Shown: positions 19,992 to 29,779, numbered from the stretch's first letter. The stretch is 64,000 nt of DNA from an uncultured Desulfobacter sp. (GCA_963665095.1 OY762069.1:32001-96000); one strand, 5' to 3'. Notes: generated from the sequence alone by a model not told the origin. Program-made: numbers and translations.

Positions 19992-22608
19992 AAATAAATG
20001 CGATGGTATTTCAAGGGCAGCCGTGGGCCGGCACCTGTTGTGCTGGCTTGTGCCCGCGTTGCTCATTTTTACCCTGCCGGCCGGGGCACAGGCCTTTACC
20101 GCGACAGCCCAGGTGGACCAGACCCGCATCACCTCCCAGGATTATATCTCCTTTCAGGTAACTGTGGACGGGGGCGAGGCCGATATCGATACCACTGCAA
20201 TCAAAGGATTCCAGGTGACCCCTGCCGGTACCCGCTCCAGCCGCAGCTATGTCAACGGAACCTGGAGCCATAAAGTGGTGTACCAGTATATGCTCATGCC
20301 CCTGGACAAGGGGGTGCTGACCATCCCGCCGTTGACCTGTATCCGGGACGGTGAAGCCGCCACCACCCAGGAGATAAAGATTCTGGTTTCTGATGCGGGG
20401 GGCCGGGATGACAATGCCCAGGGCGATTTTTTTGCAGAGGCTGGTTTAAGCAGTAATGAGATCGTGCCCGGCCAGCAGGCAATATACACCATTAAACTAT
20501 GTGTGGCCAAACAGATCAGGGGCGCCTCTTTTGATCCGCCCGACTTCAGGGGGCTGACGGCCAAACCTTTGACAGATTGGAAGAAATACACCCGCACCAT
20601 CAACGGCCAGGCCTATATGGTCAATGAGATGTCCTATCTGGTTCAGGCCGACGCTGCAGGAGAGTATGACATATCCCCGGCGGTTTTTCTGGCCCAGGTG
20701 CCCATACAGCGGGCCGGTCGCCGTGATCCCTTTGATTCCTTTTTCAATGACTCTTTTTTTAACCGGTCCCTGTTTGATACCACGCCCAGCAAACCGGTGC
20801 GCGTGGCCTCCAATCCGGTGTCACTAACGGTTACATCCTTACCGGAATATAACGGAAGTATCCCGTTTTCAGGACTTGTGGGCAGGTTTACCATCTCAAG
20901 TGCCCTGGACAAGGATACGGTAAAAGCAAAGGAGTCCGCCACCCTGACCATTACCATTCAGGGGACCGGCAATATTATGGATGCCTCCCTGCCGGCGCTG
21001 GATCTGGATCCAAACCGGTTCAAAGTGTATGAAGACAGCCCGGTTCAGGATATCCATGTCACGGAAGAGGGGTTTGTCGGCAAAAAGGTATTCAAGCAGG
21101 CCCTGGTTCCCGCCATCCCCGGCAAGGTGACGATTCCTGCGATGACGCTTGCGTTTTTTGACATCCAGTCCAAAAGTTATAAAACCGTCTCCACCGCGCC
21201 GCTTCAACTCAATGTCGTGCCCGGTGGACCCGTGACTGTAGCCGATGCAGCGGCAACCCCTTCAGACACTGCTGCACCTAAGAAAACAGGGCCTGAAAAA
21301 TCTGAAGTTAAGCTGAAAAACAGAGACATTCTGGAGATCCGGGAGGATATTTCAAGTATCCACTCGGTACCGACGCTTTCCATGTCCTGGTTTGCCCTGC
21401 TGCTCTTTTTGCCGGCCGCCGGCTTTGGGGCCACCAGTACGGTTGTCCGGCTCAGGGCCAGGGAAAAAACAGCTCACGAGAAGTATCGTGAAAAAGCACT
21501 GGGTCTCCTGAAAAAAGCCAGGCAGATCCCCCCGGCTGATCCGGGATTCCTGCCTGCCCTGTCCCAGGCGCTGAATGCGGCTGTTCTGGCTAAAGGGAAC
21601 AGGCCGGGGGAGAGCCTGACCCGGGAAGAGGCCCGCACGATTCTTTCTGACAGCGGCAAGGACCCGGACACCATTGCCAAGGTGACAACGTTAATGGATA
21701 CTCTGGACGCGGCCCGGTTCGGGGGCCGGACCATGGATGAACCACAGGCCCGGTCCTGTCTGAACCAGACTGCGGCGCTTATCCGTGTGCTGATGGTGGT
21801 GCTGTGTATCTGTGTCACTCTTTTTGTTGGCCGGAAAACCGGCATGGCAGAAACAGCATTGTCTCCTGCCGTCTCGGTACCCCCTGTCGTTTCTGAAGGC
21901 AGGGATGCTTTGGCCGTTCATGACACTTCGGACAAGGCGGCTGTCTTTGTGGACGGGGTTCGGGCTTACAAAGCCGGGGACTACGCAGAAGCAGCCCGGA
22001 TGTTTGAGTCAATCGCAGCTTCAGGTGTGAAAAACCCCGACCTGTTTTATAATCTTGGCAATGCCTATCTGAAAAATAAAGACATTGGCCGGGCCATTCT
22101 CTGGTATGAACGGGCCAGACGCCTGGCCCCTTCTGACCCGGATCTGAAATTTAATCTGGCATACGCGTCCGGCCTGCTTAAAGACAAGCGTGAGACCGGG
22201 TTTTCCATTACCGAGGTGCTCTATTTCTGGCAGGGTGTGGTGTCCCTTAAGTGGCTGCAGTATGCTGCCATAACCCTCTCCTTTGGCTTTTTTATCTGGG
22301 CCGGCATCCAGAAGGTTCGTGCCAGATCAGTGTTCTCCGGTGTGGGTGTCCTGATCCTGGTCTTTTTTGCAGGGTCCACGCTTGCCACCGGGCTTGAGGC
22401 GCACAGGCTCAACAGTGAGGTGCAGGCAGTGGTGATTGCCGATGAAGCAAACGTGCGCTCCGGCACCATGGAAAATGCCACCCTGCTCTTTGACCTGCAT
22501 GCCGGTACCACGGTCCGGGTGCTTGAGAAAAAACCAACCTTTTTGAAGATCCGTTTTGCCAGGGGCAAGGTGGGATGGGTCTCAAGGGAAGACGCGCAAA
22601 TCATCTAG
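19975..22608 (+). CDS. BatD-BatE fusion (BatD repeats + TPR + SH3)
   Basis: Signal peptide and BatD Ig-like repeats (SRSYVNG, FSGLVGRF), then YNLGNAY..GRAILWYERA..L.P.D.D...NL and a C-terminal SH3 (LHAGT.V...GKVGWV). Confidence 0.85.
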   Translation: MKKTGKNKCDGISRAAVGRHLLCWLVPALLIFTLPAGAQAFTATAQVDQTRITSQDYISFQVTVDGGEADIDTTAIKGFQVTPAGTRSSRSYVNGTWSHKVVYQYMLMPLDKGVLTIPPLTCIRDGEAATTQEIKILVSDAGGRDDNAQGDFFAEAGLSSNEIVPGQQAIYTIKLCVAKQIRGASFDPPDFRGLTAKPLTDWKKYTRTINGQAYMVNEMSYLVQADAAGEYDISPAVFLAQVPIQRAGRRDPFDSFFNDSFFNRSLFDTTPSKPVRVASNPVSLTVTSLPEYNGSIPFSGLVGRFTISSALDKDTVKAKESATLTITIQGTGNIMDASLPALDLDPNRFKVYEDSPVQDIHVTEEGFVGKKVFKQALVPAIPGKVTIPAMTLAFFDIQSKSYKTVSTAPLQLNVVPGGPVTVADAAATPSDTAAPKKTGPEKSEVKLKNRDILEIREDISSIHSVPTLSMSWFALLLFLPAAGFGATSTVVRLRAREKTAHEKYREKALGLLKKARQIPPADPGFLPALSQALNAAVLAKGNRPGESLTREEARTILSDSGKDPDTIAKVTTLMDTLDAARFGGRTMDEPQARSCLNQTAALIRVLMVVLCICVTLFVGRKTGMAETALSPAVSVPPVVSEGRDALAVHDTSDKAAVFVDGVRAYKAGDYAEAARMFESIAASGVKNPDLFYNLGNAYLKNKDIGRAILWYERARRLAPSDPDLKFNLAYASGLLKDKRETGFSITEVLYFWQGVVSLKWLQYAAITLSFGFFIWAGIQKVRARSVFSGVGVLILVFFAGSTLATGLEAHRLNSEVQAVVIADEANVRSGTMENATLLFDLHAGTTVRVLEKKPTFLKIRFARGKVGWVSREDAQII

Positions 22609-22733
22609 TGTTTGGACGGAAAGTTACCCACCTGCGGCGTTGCTGCACAAATCTTAAATCCTCACGTACTGAAGTACGCTCCGGTTTAAGCTTTGCTTGC
22701 GCCTTGCATCTGGGCAACTTTCCGCCCAAACAC
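22608..22733. repeat. 126-bp nested palindromic element (REP/MITE-like)
   Basis: Terminal inverted repeat GTGTTTGGACGGAAAGTTACCCA / TGGGCAACTTTCCGCCCAAACAC (21/23 match), inner stems CTTAAA/TTTAAG and CGTAC/GTACG. Confidence 0.8.
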
Positions 22734-22846
22734 GGGGTGCTGGTTCCGGCCGGTTCAGGCTGGCTTTTATCCCATGCTTTTTGTCATGTCATGGTATATG
22801 CCATGATATGGATGGGTATACACTTAAATTAAAAGGGGGGATTCAC

Positions 22847-23395
22847 ATGACAAAAAAAGTATTGGTGCCACTGGCCCAGGGGATTGAAGAGATGGAAGCC
22901 ATCACTGTTATTGATGTGCTCAGGCGGGCAGGGGCTGAAGTGACGGCTGCGTCTGTGGACCAGCTGGATGTGACGGCTGCCAGGGGCACAAAGATTACTG
23001 CGGACTGCCTTGTTTCCCAGTGCAGGGATACGCAGTTTGACCTCATTGCCCTGCCCGGCGGCATTCCCGGTGCCCAGAATCTGGCGGCATCGGATACCCT
23101 GGCAGATATGCTGAAAACCCAGGCTGGTGCCGGACGACTTTACGGGGCCATCTGTGCCTCTCCTGCCGTGGTACTGCATCACCATGGCCTGGTTACCCCA
23201 GGGAAAGTGACCTGCCACCCCTCATGCACAGGACTCATTGACAACGGCAATACCTGTGACCAGGATGTGGTGGCGGCAGACAACTGCATCACCTCCAGGG
23301 GCGGGGGGACCTCCCTGGCTTTTGCCCTGGAACTTGTGGCGCAGTTGTTTGACGCGGAGACCGTAACCCAGGTCCGCCAGGGGCTGGCTATTTAG
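22847..23395 (+). CDS. DJ-1/YajL/ThiJ family glyoxalase/deglycase
   Basis: VLVPLAQGIEEMEA, LPGG.PGA, GAICASPA, ITSRG; start at ATG 22847 after a G-rich RBS. Confidence 0.92.
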   Translation: MTKKVLVPLAQGIEEMEAITVIDVLRRAGAEVTAASVDQLDVTAARGTKITADCLVSQCRDTQFDLIALPGGIPGAQNLAASDTLADMLKTQAGAGRLYGAICASPAVVLHHHGLVTPGKVTCHPSCTGLIDNGNTCDQDVVAADNCITSRGGGTSLAFALELVAQLFDAETVTQVRQGLAI

Positions 23396-23434
23396 TTAAG
23401 GTATTTAACAGCTATCCATTAAAGGAACTGGGGC

Positions 23435-24130
23435 ATGAAAAATATTGTGAAAAAATATACAGTTATCGTTTTTAAAAGTTGGGTTTTCAGTTTTGCCATA
23501 GCGCTGCTGATCGCAACATCCGTAAAATCCTCACTGGCTGACTGGAATGACGTCCCCACAGGTTCCATGCAGCCAACCATCCTGATCGGAGACCGGATCG
23601 TTGTCAATAAACTGGCATATGATTTAAAAATACCTTTTACAACATGTCATCTTGCAACATGGGCAAGCCCGGAACGGGGAGATATTGTCGTGTTCTATTC
23701 TCCCAAAGATGGCACCCGCCTGGTCAAGCGTGTTATCGGCATACCCGGAGATAGCGTGGCGATGATCAAAAACAGGCTTTTTATCAATGGTCAATTTGCA
23801 GACTATACCCCTTTGGATTCTGGATCCGTAATACCCTGTGATTCCGGTTTGGAAAAAGGGCACACCTTTTTTAGTGAAAAGCTGCCACAGAAACATCATG
23901 CGATCATGCTGTCACCCTTGCGGCCCTCATTGGACTCTTTCGGGCCGGTAACCATTCCAGAAGGTAAATTTTTTATGTTGGGAGACAACCGGGATAATAG
24001 CGCTGATTCCCGTTATTTTGGTTTTGTGGACCGCAATTTAATTCTTGGGCGGGCCACAGGTGTTGCCGTTTCAAGGGATGGGTCTTTCCTGCATCCGAGG
24101 TGGTCAAGGTTTTTTCAAAAGCTCATCTGA
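23435..24130 (+). CDS. lepB: Signal peptidase I
   Basis: PTGSMQPT, RGDIVVF, LVKRVIGIPGD, MLGDNRDNSADSR. Confidence 0.93.
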   Translation: MKNIVKKYTVIVFKSWVFSFAIALLIATSVKSSLADWNDVPTGSMQPTILIGDRIVVNKLAYDLKIPFTTCHLATWASPERGDIVVFYSPKDGTRLVKRVIGIPGDSVAMIKNRLFINGQFADYTPLDSGSVIPCDSGLEKGHTFFSEKLPQKHHAIMLSPLRPSLDSFGPVTIPEGKFFMLGDNRDNSADSRYFGFVDRNLILGRATGVAVSRDGSFLHPRWSRFFQKLI

Positions 24131-24290
24131 TACGATTGCAGGGATGTATGACGGACAGAGCCTGCATCCGGTGTGCTGACAGTGTACCGGTATCTGTCTT
24201 AACCGGATGGTCCCCCTTACTCTTTGCACTGTCAGGGTCAAGGGGGATAAATCCTGGTTTTCCGCAGATAGCAAAAACCCGGGGAATTGG

Positions 24291-24319
24291 TTGAAAGCGA
24301 AATGAATTTAATATATAAC
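24291..24319 (+). promoter_or_regulatory. Putative sigma70 promoter of gpsA
   Basis: TTGAAA-N17-TATAAC. Confidence 0.55.
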
Positions 24320-24484
24320 CACCAAACCTTATTCATTTTAACGGTCAGGGATCGTCCTGGTTTTCGCTACCAGGGCCTGACTTATGACAAAATAGATAAA
24401 TTCGGTGTGTTGCCGGATTGCTAAATACAAATATGGTCCGGTCCGGGATGTTTTTTCGGGAAAAGGGCAGGGATAAAGAGAGCT

Positions 24485-25510
24485 ATGGATATCACGAATG
24501 CACGAATCGGTGTTGTGGGTGCGGGCGCCTGGGGAACGGCCCTGGCCAAGCTGCTGGCGGATAAAGGGTTTGATCTGGACCTGTGGGCATTTGAACCCGA
24601 GGTGAAAGAGGAGATCTCGGTGCATCGGGAGAATAAGAGCTTTCTGCCCGGGGTAACGCTGCCCGAAGGCCTTTCTCCCACCAACGACCTTGAAAAAGCG
24701 GTATCAGGCAAGGATCTCGTGCTGATGGTGGTGCCGTCGCACTGCATGCGGGCCGTGGCCACTGATATGAAACCGCTTGTCTCCAACGACACCATTCTGG
24801 TCAGTGCATCCAAGGGCATTGAGAATAAAACCCACCAGACCATGACCGGTATCCTGTCCGAAGTGATTGATTCTTTGCCCAGACAGAATTTTGGCGTACT
24901 TTCCGGCCCCAGTTTCGCCAAAGAGGTGGCTGCAGGAGTCCCCACAGTAGTGGCTGCCGCCGCCCTGGACGATCAGATTGCCCGGTTTATCCAGAATCTG
25001 TTTTTTACCCCAAACTTCAGGGTCTATGTCAATCATGACATTGTCGGCACCCAGATCGGCGGGGCCATGAAAAACGTGATCGCCATCGCTGCGGGTGCCT
25101 GTGACGGGATGAATATGGGGCTCAACCCCCGGGCCGCACTCATCACTCGGGGATTGACCGAGATGAACCGCCTTGGCACCCGTATGGGGGCTGACCCCCT
25201 GACGCTGTCCGGCCTTGCCGGAGTAGGCGATCTTCTGCTGACCTGCACCGGGGTTTTAAGCCGGAACTATACGGTTGGCAAACAGATCGGACAGGGAAAG
25301 CTGCTGGATGACATTATTTCAGACATGCGCATGGTGGCTGAAGGGGTGAAAACCACCCGGTCCATATATAATCTGTCAAGAAAGCTGGGGGTGGACCTTC
25401 CCATCTGCAATGAGGTCTATTCCGTATTATTTGAAGGCATGCCTGTGGATGAAACCATTGCACGCCTGATGAACCGCACCCTGAAGCATGAGCTGGACGG
25501 AGTGATTTAG
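24485..25510 (+). CDS. gpsA: NAD(P)H-dependent glycerol-3-phosphate dehydrogenase
   Basis: GAGAWGTALA, SKGIE, SGPSFAKEV, GGAMKNVIAIA, GLAGVGDLLLTC, SRN, VAEGV. Confidence 0.96.
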   Translation: MDITNARIGVVGAGAWGTALAKLLADKGFDLDLWAFEPEVKEEISVHRENKSFLPGVTLPEGLSPTNDLEKAVSGKDLVLMVVPSHCMRAVATDMKPLVSNDTILVSASKGIENKTHQTMTGILSEVIDSLPRQNFGVLSGPSFAKEVAAGVPTVVAAAALDDQIARFIQNLFFTPNFRVYVNHDIVGTQIGGAMKNVIAIAAGACDGMNMGLNPRAALITRGLTEMNRLGTRMGADPLTLSGLAGVGDLLLTCTGVLSRNYTVGKQIGQGKLLDDIISDMRMVAEGVKTTRSIYNLSRKLGVDLPICNEVYSVLFEGMPVDETIARLMNRTLKHELDGVI

Positions 25511-25554
25511 CCCCTGCCAAGGATAAGGATATTATCCGCAAGTACCAAACTGTC

Positions 25555-25588
25555 AGGACTCTTTCTCTGACCGTGGAAAGAGTCCTTT
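25555..25588 (+). terminator. Hairpin after gpsA
   Basis: AGGACTCTTTC-N10-GAAAGAGTCCT followed by a short T run. Confidence 0.6.
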
Positions 25589-25644
25589 CGCTGTCTGAAT
25601 ATCTCCTGTGAATAAAAAAAATTGCCAGGTGTGAAAAAAAGAGC

Positions 25645-25686
25645 TTGACATGTTTATTTTTGGCTTTTATTGTTAGTCAAAACTAA
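25645..25686 (+). promoter_or_regulatory. Sigma70 promoter of flavodoxin with a downstream TTAGT-N4-ACTAA palindrome
   Basis: TTGACA-N17-TATTGT; TTAGTCAAAACTAA at 25673-25686. Confidence 0.6.
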
Positions 25687-25723
25687 AAATGAAAGCTATA
25701 AATTATAAACTACAGGAGAGCTT

Positions 25724-26161
25724 ATGAGTACCGCGCTAATTGTTTTCGGATCAACCACTGGAAATACCGAATCTGTTGCAGACACTGTTGAGGGAGATCT
25801 TTCCAATGCCTCTTACACAGTTAAAAAGGTCAACGTCACCGATGTTGACGTTGATATCCTTGATGACGCCTATGACCTCTACCTTTTGGGAAGCTCCACA
25901 TGGGGGGATGATGATATTGAGTTCCAGGAGGATTTTCAGCCCTTTTATGAAAATATGACCCGCTCCCTGGCCGGCAAAAAGTTTGCCGTATTCGGATGCG
26001 GGGACTCTTCCTATGAATATTTCTGCGGGGCTGTGGATGCCCTTGAGGAGCGGGTGCAGAAACTCGGCGGCACCCTTGTGTGCGAATCCCTTAGAATTGA
26101 CGGAGAACCTGAACAAAATGAAATTAACGAATGGACACAGGATGTAATCAATGCCGGATAA
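25724..26161 (+). CDS. fld: Short-chain flavodoxin
   Basis: FGSTTGNTE, LGSSTWG, FGCGDSSYEYFCGAVD. Confidence 0.95.
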   Translation: MSTALIVFGSTTGNTESVADTVEGDLSNASYTVKKVNVTDVDVDILDDAYDLYLLGSSTWGDDDIEFQEDFQPFYENMTRSLAGKKFAVFGCGDSSYEYFCGAVDALEERVQKLGGTLVCESLRIDGEPEQNEINEWTQDVINAG

Positions 26162-26501
26162 TAAACCGCCCAAATGCATTAAGTACCAGCTCAAACACAT
26201 CGGCACCTTGAACCGGACCGCCATGGATGCCGGCAATGCCAGTGATTTTAATACGGCGTTTCCACGCATGAAAGAGGCCCTGGCCTGGACCCGCCGGCTG
26301 GATAAAAAATGCCTGGAGGCAAAACTGCTGAACAATATGGGCAATTTATACACCATGTCAGGGCAGTGGGATAAAGCCATCCTGGTGTATGAACGCGCCA
26401 TGAATATTGTTACGGAACATTATGGCACCGCAAATATTTTGTATAAAACCCTGCAAAAAAATATCATCTATCTTTTCTCCCAGGACGTCACAGCCGCCTA
26501 A
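26151..26501 (+). CDS. Small TPR protein
   Basis: AKLLNNMGNLYTMSGQWDKAILVYERAM; overlaps the end of fld. Confidence 0.7.
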   Translation: MPDNKPPKCIKYQLKHIGTLNRTAMDAGNASDFNTAFPRMKEALAWTRRLDKKCLEAKLLNNMGNLYTMSGQWDKAILVYERAMNIVTEHYGTANILYKTLQKNIIYLFSQDVTAA

Positions 26502-26604
26502 GGCTATTTCTCTCTCCTGCTGCCGGGTTCCCCGCCCGGCAGCTCTCCTGAGATACACTGCCCCCCGACATTGCCGTATGCGGGACCGCATCTTCTCAAA
26601 GAGG

Positions 26605-27063
26605 CTACCATACTTCAGGATAGGCTACATCAACAAAGCTTTGTTCCATTTTAAATTTGTGGCCCCGCTCCATGGATGCCAGATCCAGAAACACGGCACG
26701 AAGTTCAGCGTCTTCACAGTTATCTGCCAGTGCGGTATACCGTTTCATGGCGATCTCTTCGTTTTTCATGGCCAGGGCAATAGCATTTTTCAAGTCCATA
26801 TCCGGACTGACTTCCGGCAGATCAACGGTCTGGGCCACTTTGTAATCCCTGTCACAGTCGAAATGGGACGCGGTAATCGTCTGCTGGTTCAGAATTTGGG
26901 TTAAAATCTGTTCATGTTTGCCCTCTTCCTTTGCAAAATCCGTGAAAACTTCCTTGAGCAGCTCGCTTTTAATATTTTTTGCTATCTCTTCATAAAAGAT
27001 ACGGGCATCTATTTCGTTTTGAATGGCACCCTTGATCACCTGTTCGTATTGGGTTATATCCAT
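26605..27063 (-). CDS. Ferritin-like diiron protein (rubrerythrin diiron domain, no rubredoxin domain)
   Basis: AIQNEIDARIFY...KEEGKH and AMKNEE...Y...SMERGH (two E..ExxH motifs). Confidence 0.85.
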   Translation of the reverse strand: MDITQYEQVIKGAIQNEIDARIFYEEIAKNIKSELLKEVFTDFAKEEGKHEQILTQILNQQTITASHFDCDRDYKVAQTVDLPEVSPDMDLKNAIALAMKNEEIAMKRYTALADNCEDAELRAVFLDLASMERGHKFKMEQSFVDVAYPEVW

Positions 27064-27147
27064 GGTATATCTCCTTTTTGGGGTTTACATCAGTGGTTTG
27101 AATACGTTGATGGTCTGATCTTATATAGATCTGTCAGCGATTTGTCA

Positions 27148-27163
27148 TGCGATTTGCATGCCA
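27148..27163 (-). promoter_or_regulatory. Sigma54 -24/-12 motif
   Basis: Minus strand TGGCATGCAAATCGCA, 85 bp upstream of the start at 27063. Confidence 0.6.
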
Positions 27164-27284
27164 TAGGTTCAGCCTGTGATTGAATTCTGTCGTGTTAGTA
27201 AGAATGAGGAAAATGGCAGGCCGGTCCACCTGAGAACCTCACAACACAAATGGGTATTTTTATGGTAAATCAGGGCTGGCGGAT

Positions 27285-27989
27285 TCAGGGCGCAGAGGCG
27301 TTCAGGTAGCCTGTGTCATCGGGAAGGCCGGATTGTCGGGCCGTTGAATTTGCCAGATGGTCGCAGGCTTCGTTTAAAGGATTTCCGGCATGGCCTTTCA
27401 CCCAAATAAACCGGATGGTCAGTCCCGGTAGAAGATCCAGGAGCCGGGCCCACAGATCTGAATTCATTGCCGGACTGCCGTCGGATTTTTTCCACCCCCT
27501 GCGTTTCCAGCTCTTTGCCCAGTTTTTGGTAATGCCGTCTACGACATACCGGGAGTCAGAATGAAGGAAAATCGGCCGGGTTTCTCCTTTGAGTGCCTCA
27601 AGGGCCACGATGACGGCCATCAGCTCCATCCGGTTGTTTGTGGTCCGGTTGAACCCGCCGCTGAACTGCTCCCCGTTTTGAAAAACAACCCCATATCCCC
27701 CTGGACCGGGATTGCCGATGGCCCCGCCGTCCGTATACACCACCACTGAGTTATCCGGGTAATCTGTCTTTTGCACCACCTTTGAAAAATGTTTTCCTGG
27801 GCTGGCCTTTGATGATTTTTTAGGGGTGCCTGATCCGTATGACGGATTTTCCAGAAACGCCTGGGCCTCTTCTCTTGTTTTAAAGCTTTTAAATACGGCA
27901 CCGGCAAAGCCTTTTACCAGGCGTTGTGCTTCGGGCCATGATGTGAATATGCCGGTTTGTCTTCCCTTTGCCACTGCGTAAAATTTCAT
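27285..27989 (-). CDS. rnhA: Ribonuclease HI with N-terminal hybrid-binding domain
   Basis: KFYAVAKGRQTGIF.SW (HBD); YTDGG..GNPGPGG, TTNNRMEL, SDSRY, WVKGHAG, NE.CD.LA. Confidence 0.93.
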   Translation of the reverse strand: MKFYAVAKGRQTGIFTSWPEAQRLVKGFAGAVFKSFKTREEAQAFLENPSYGSGTPKKSSKASPGKHFSKVVQKTDYPDNSVVVYTDGGAIGNPGPGGYGVVFQNGEQFSGGFNRTTNNRMELMAVIVALEALKGETRPIFLHSDSRYVVDGITKNWAKSWKRRGWKKSDGSPAMNSDLWARLLDLLPGLTIRFIWVKGHAGNPLNEACDHLANSTARQSGLPDDTGYLNASAP

Positions 27990-28399
27990 GGCGGGAAATA
28001 TAAGCCCAAACGAAATGGATGTAAACACCCTTGTTTTGATACAATAAGGGACACCAATGTATCAATTTTTTTGCTGTTTCTTGAAATAAATGTGCGGCCG
28101 GTGTAGGATCTTGAAACAGTATAGGCTCATTTGCATGGCTGTGCCGCAACTGCCGGATGTCTGAATACCTGTAAATATCGGGTAAAATATCAGGCAGGTC
28201 CGGTTATATTTGTTTTTTTTTGCGGTTCAACAGTTTGCACTATTATAAATTTAATGAGGTGCTTTTTTTATTTTTGTTGCAGGCTTCGGGGCTGAAGATA
28301 ACATTAAGTTGCAGGGCAGCCCTTATATTTTGATTCGTTTGTTTTGAATCCGGGTGGGAATTTGACTGCAAAAAGGTGCCTTGAACCTAAGGAGGTAGA

Positions 28400-28945
28400 A
28401 TGGAACCCAATAAATTCCGGGAGTCAAGACAATCCATCAATCGTTTGTGTGAGAAGATGGCAAAGCTGATTGATAAAAATGATGTAGACGAATCCAGGGT
28501 CTACTTTGACCGGGCAAACGGCGAGCTGGATGAACTTACACCCCAGGCTGCCGGAGATATTCAGAAAAGGTCGGTTAAAAATCTGGCATTAAAGCTCAGG
28601 GGTATTGAAGGCAAAATATCCAAACTAAAGGTACGGGGGAGTGCTTCCTCCGGAGCCGGTTCCCGGGGTAAAAATAAAATCGAGTGGGACAATGAGCGGG
28701 TGGCGCAACTGTCCAGAAACTTTCTCGAGAAGGTGTTGCAAAATATGGGTGGAGATTCTGAGGCCAAAGTCTGTCTAGGTACCACAGGCAAAGGTATCCG
28801 TCCCAACTATCAGATTGAATTCAAGGATGGCAGTCAGGTGGCCTATACCGGTTCCGGTCACAAGCCCAAAGCCGGCGCAGGCGGCAGAAATCTTTCCACC
28901 CCTTTTTCTCTTATAGAGATTGAAACAATTGTCAATCAGCTGTAA
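28400..28945 (+). CDS. Hypothetical protein
   Basis: 181-aa ORF with a strong AAGGAGG RBS; no recognised motif. Confidence 0.75.
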   Translation: MEPNKFRESRQSINRLCEKMAKLIDKNDVDESRVYFDRANGELDELTPQAAGDIQKRSVKNLALKLRGIEGKISKLKVRGSASSGAGSRGKNKIEWDNERVAQLSRNFLEKVLQNMGGDSEAKVCLGTTGKGIRPNYQIEFKDGSQVAYTGSGHKPKAGAGGRNLSTPFSLIEIETIVNQL

Positions 28946-29075
28946 ATGGTGCATTGTATGTATCAAAAATAAATATTAAAAGAAGGTGAAAACCCATAGC
29001 TGAAACAGGTGTTACCACATTGCCACAGGCTGAGTGGAACATTCTGGCATCATAAATTATTGAAGGATACCGCTC

Positions 29076-29708
29076 ATGAAAATGACCAGAACAGTTGCTC
29101 TTTATACCTTTGTGCTTACCGTTACTGCTTCAGTGTTACTTTTGCCGGTCTCCCAGGCAACGGCTCAGACTGCCACTGAAACAATTAAAGGAAGTATTGA
29201 CGGCATCCTTGCCGTATTGAAAGCACCTGAGCTTAAAGGGGATGATAAAAAAGAGGTCCGCAGGCAGAAAATCCGGGAGATTGCCCAGCAGCGGTTTGAT
29301 TACGATCGTATGTCCCAGCTCAGCCTGGGAAAGCACTGGCGGGGGCGCACCCCTGAAGAGAAAAAAGCATTTACGGCCCGGTTCTGTCAGTTGATTGAGA
29401 GCACCTATATCTCAAAGCTGGAAATGTATACCAATGAGAAGATGATATATGCAGGGGAACAGCTCAAAAAGAAAAAAAACCGCGAATATGCAAAAATAGA
29501 TACCCGCCTGGTCACGGTTGACGGTGCGGAAGTTCCCATAGAATATATGATGCACAGACAGGAAAACACCCCATGGCTCGTGTTTGATATCAAGATTGAA
29601 GGGGTGAGCATGGTGAATAACTACAGGTCCCAGTTCAGCCAGATTCTTGATAAGAAACCATTTTCAGAGCTTATTAAAGAACTTGATGCTAAAAACAGTA
29701 CAAAATAA
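29076..29708 (+). CDS. mlaC: MlaC/Ttg2D phospholipid-binding periplasmic protein
   Basis: Signal peptide, FDY.RMS..SLGK.W, W..FDI.IEGVSMV.NYRSQF. Confidence 0.88.
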   Translation: MKMTRTVALYTFVLTVTASVLLLPVSQATAQTATETIKGSIDGILAVLKAPELKGDDKKEVRRQKIREIAQQRFDYDRMSQLSLGKHWRGRTPEEKKAFTARFCQLIESTYISKLEMYTNEKMIYAGEQLKKKKNREYAKIDTRLVTVDGAEVPIEYMMHRQENTPWLVFDIKIEGVSMVNNYRSQFSQILDKKPFSELIKELDAKNSTK

Positions 29709-29730
29709 GCGCAGAACGTAACATTTCCTG

Positions 29731-29779
29731 AGCCATGCCCGGACCGGTGCTCCCGGGCCGGCATGGCTTTAAATTTTTC
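29731..29779 (+). terminator. Hairpin/terminator after mlaC
   Basis: AGCCATGCC...GGCATGGCT stem followed by a T-rich tract. Confidence 0.55.

Noticed and set aside
19275..20132. 285-aa very hydrophobic minus-strand ORF
   Set aside because: It is the antisense shadow of the Q/N-rich tract of BatB-C
22697..22846. N-terminal extension of the DJ-1 ORF
   Set aside because: It begins inside the palindromic element; the real start is ATG 22847 with an RBS
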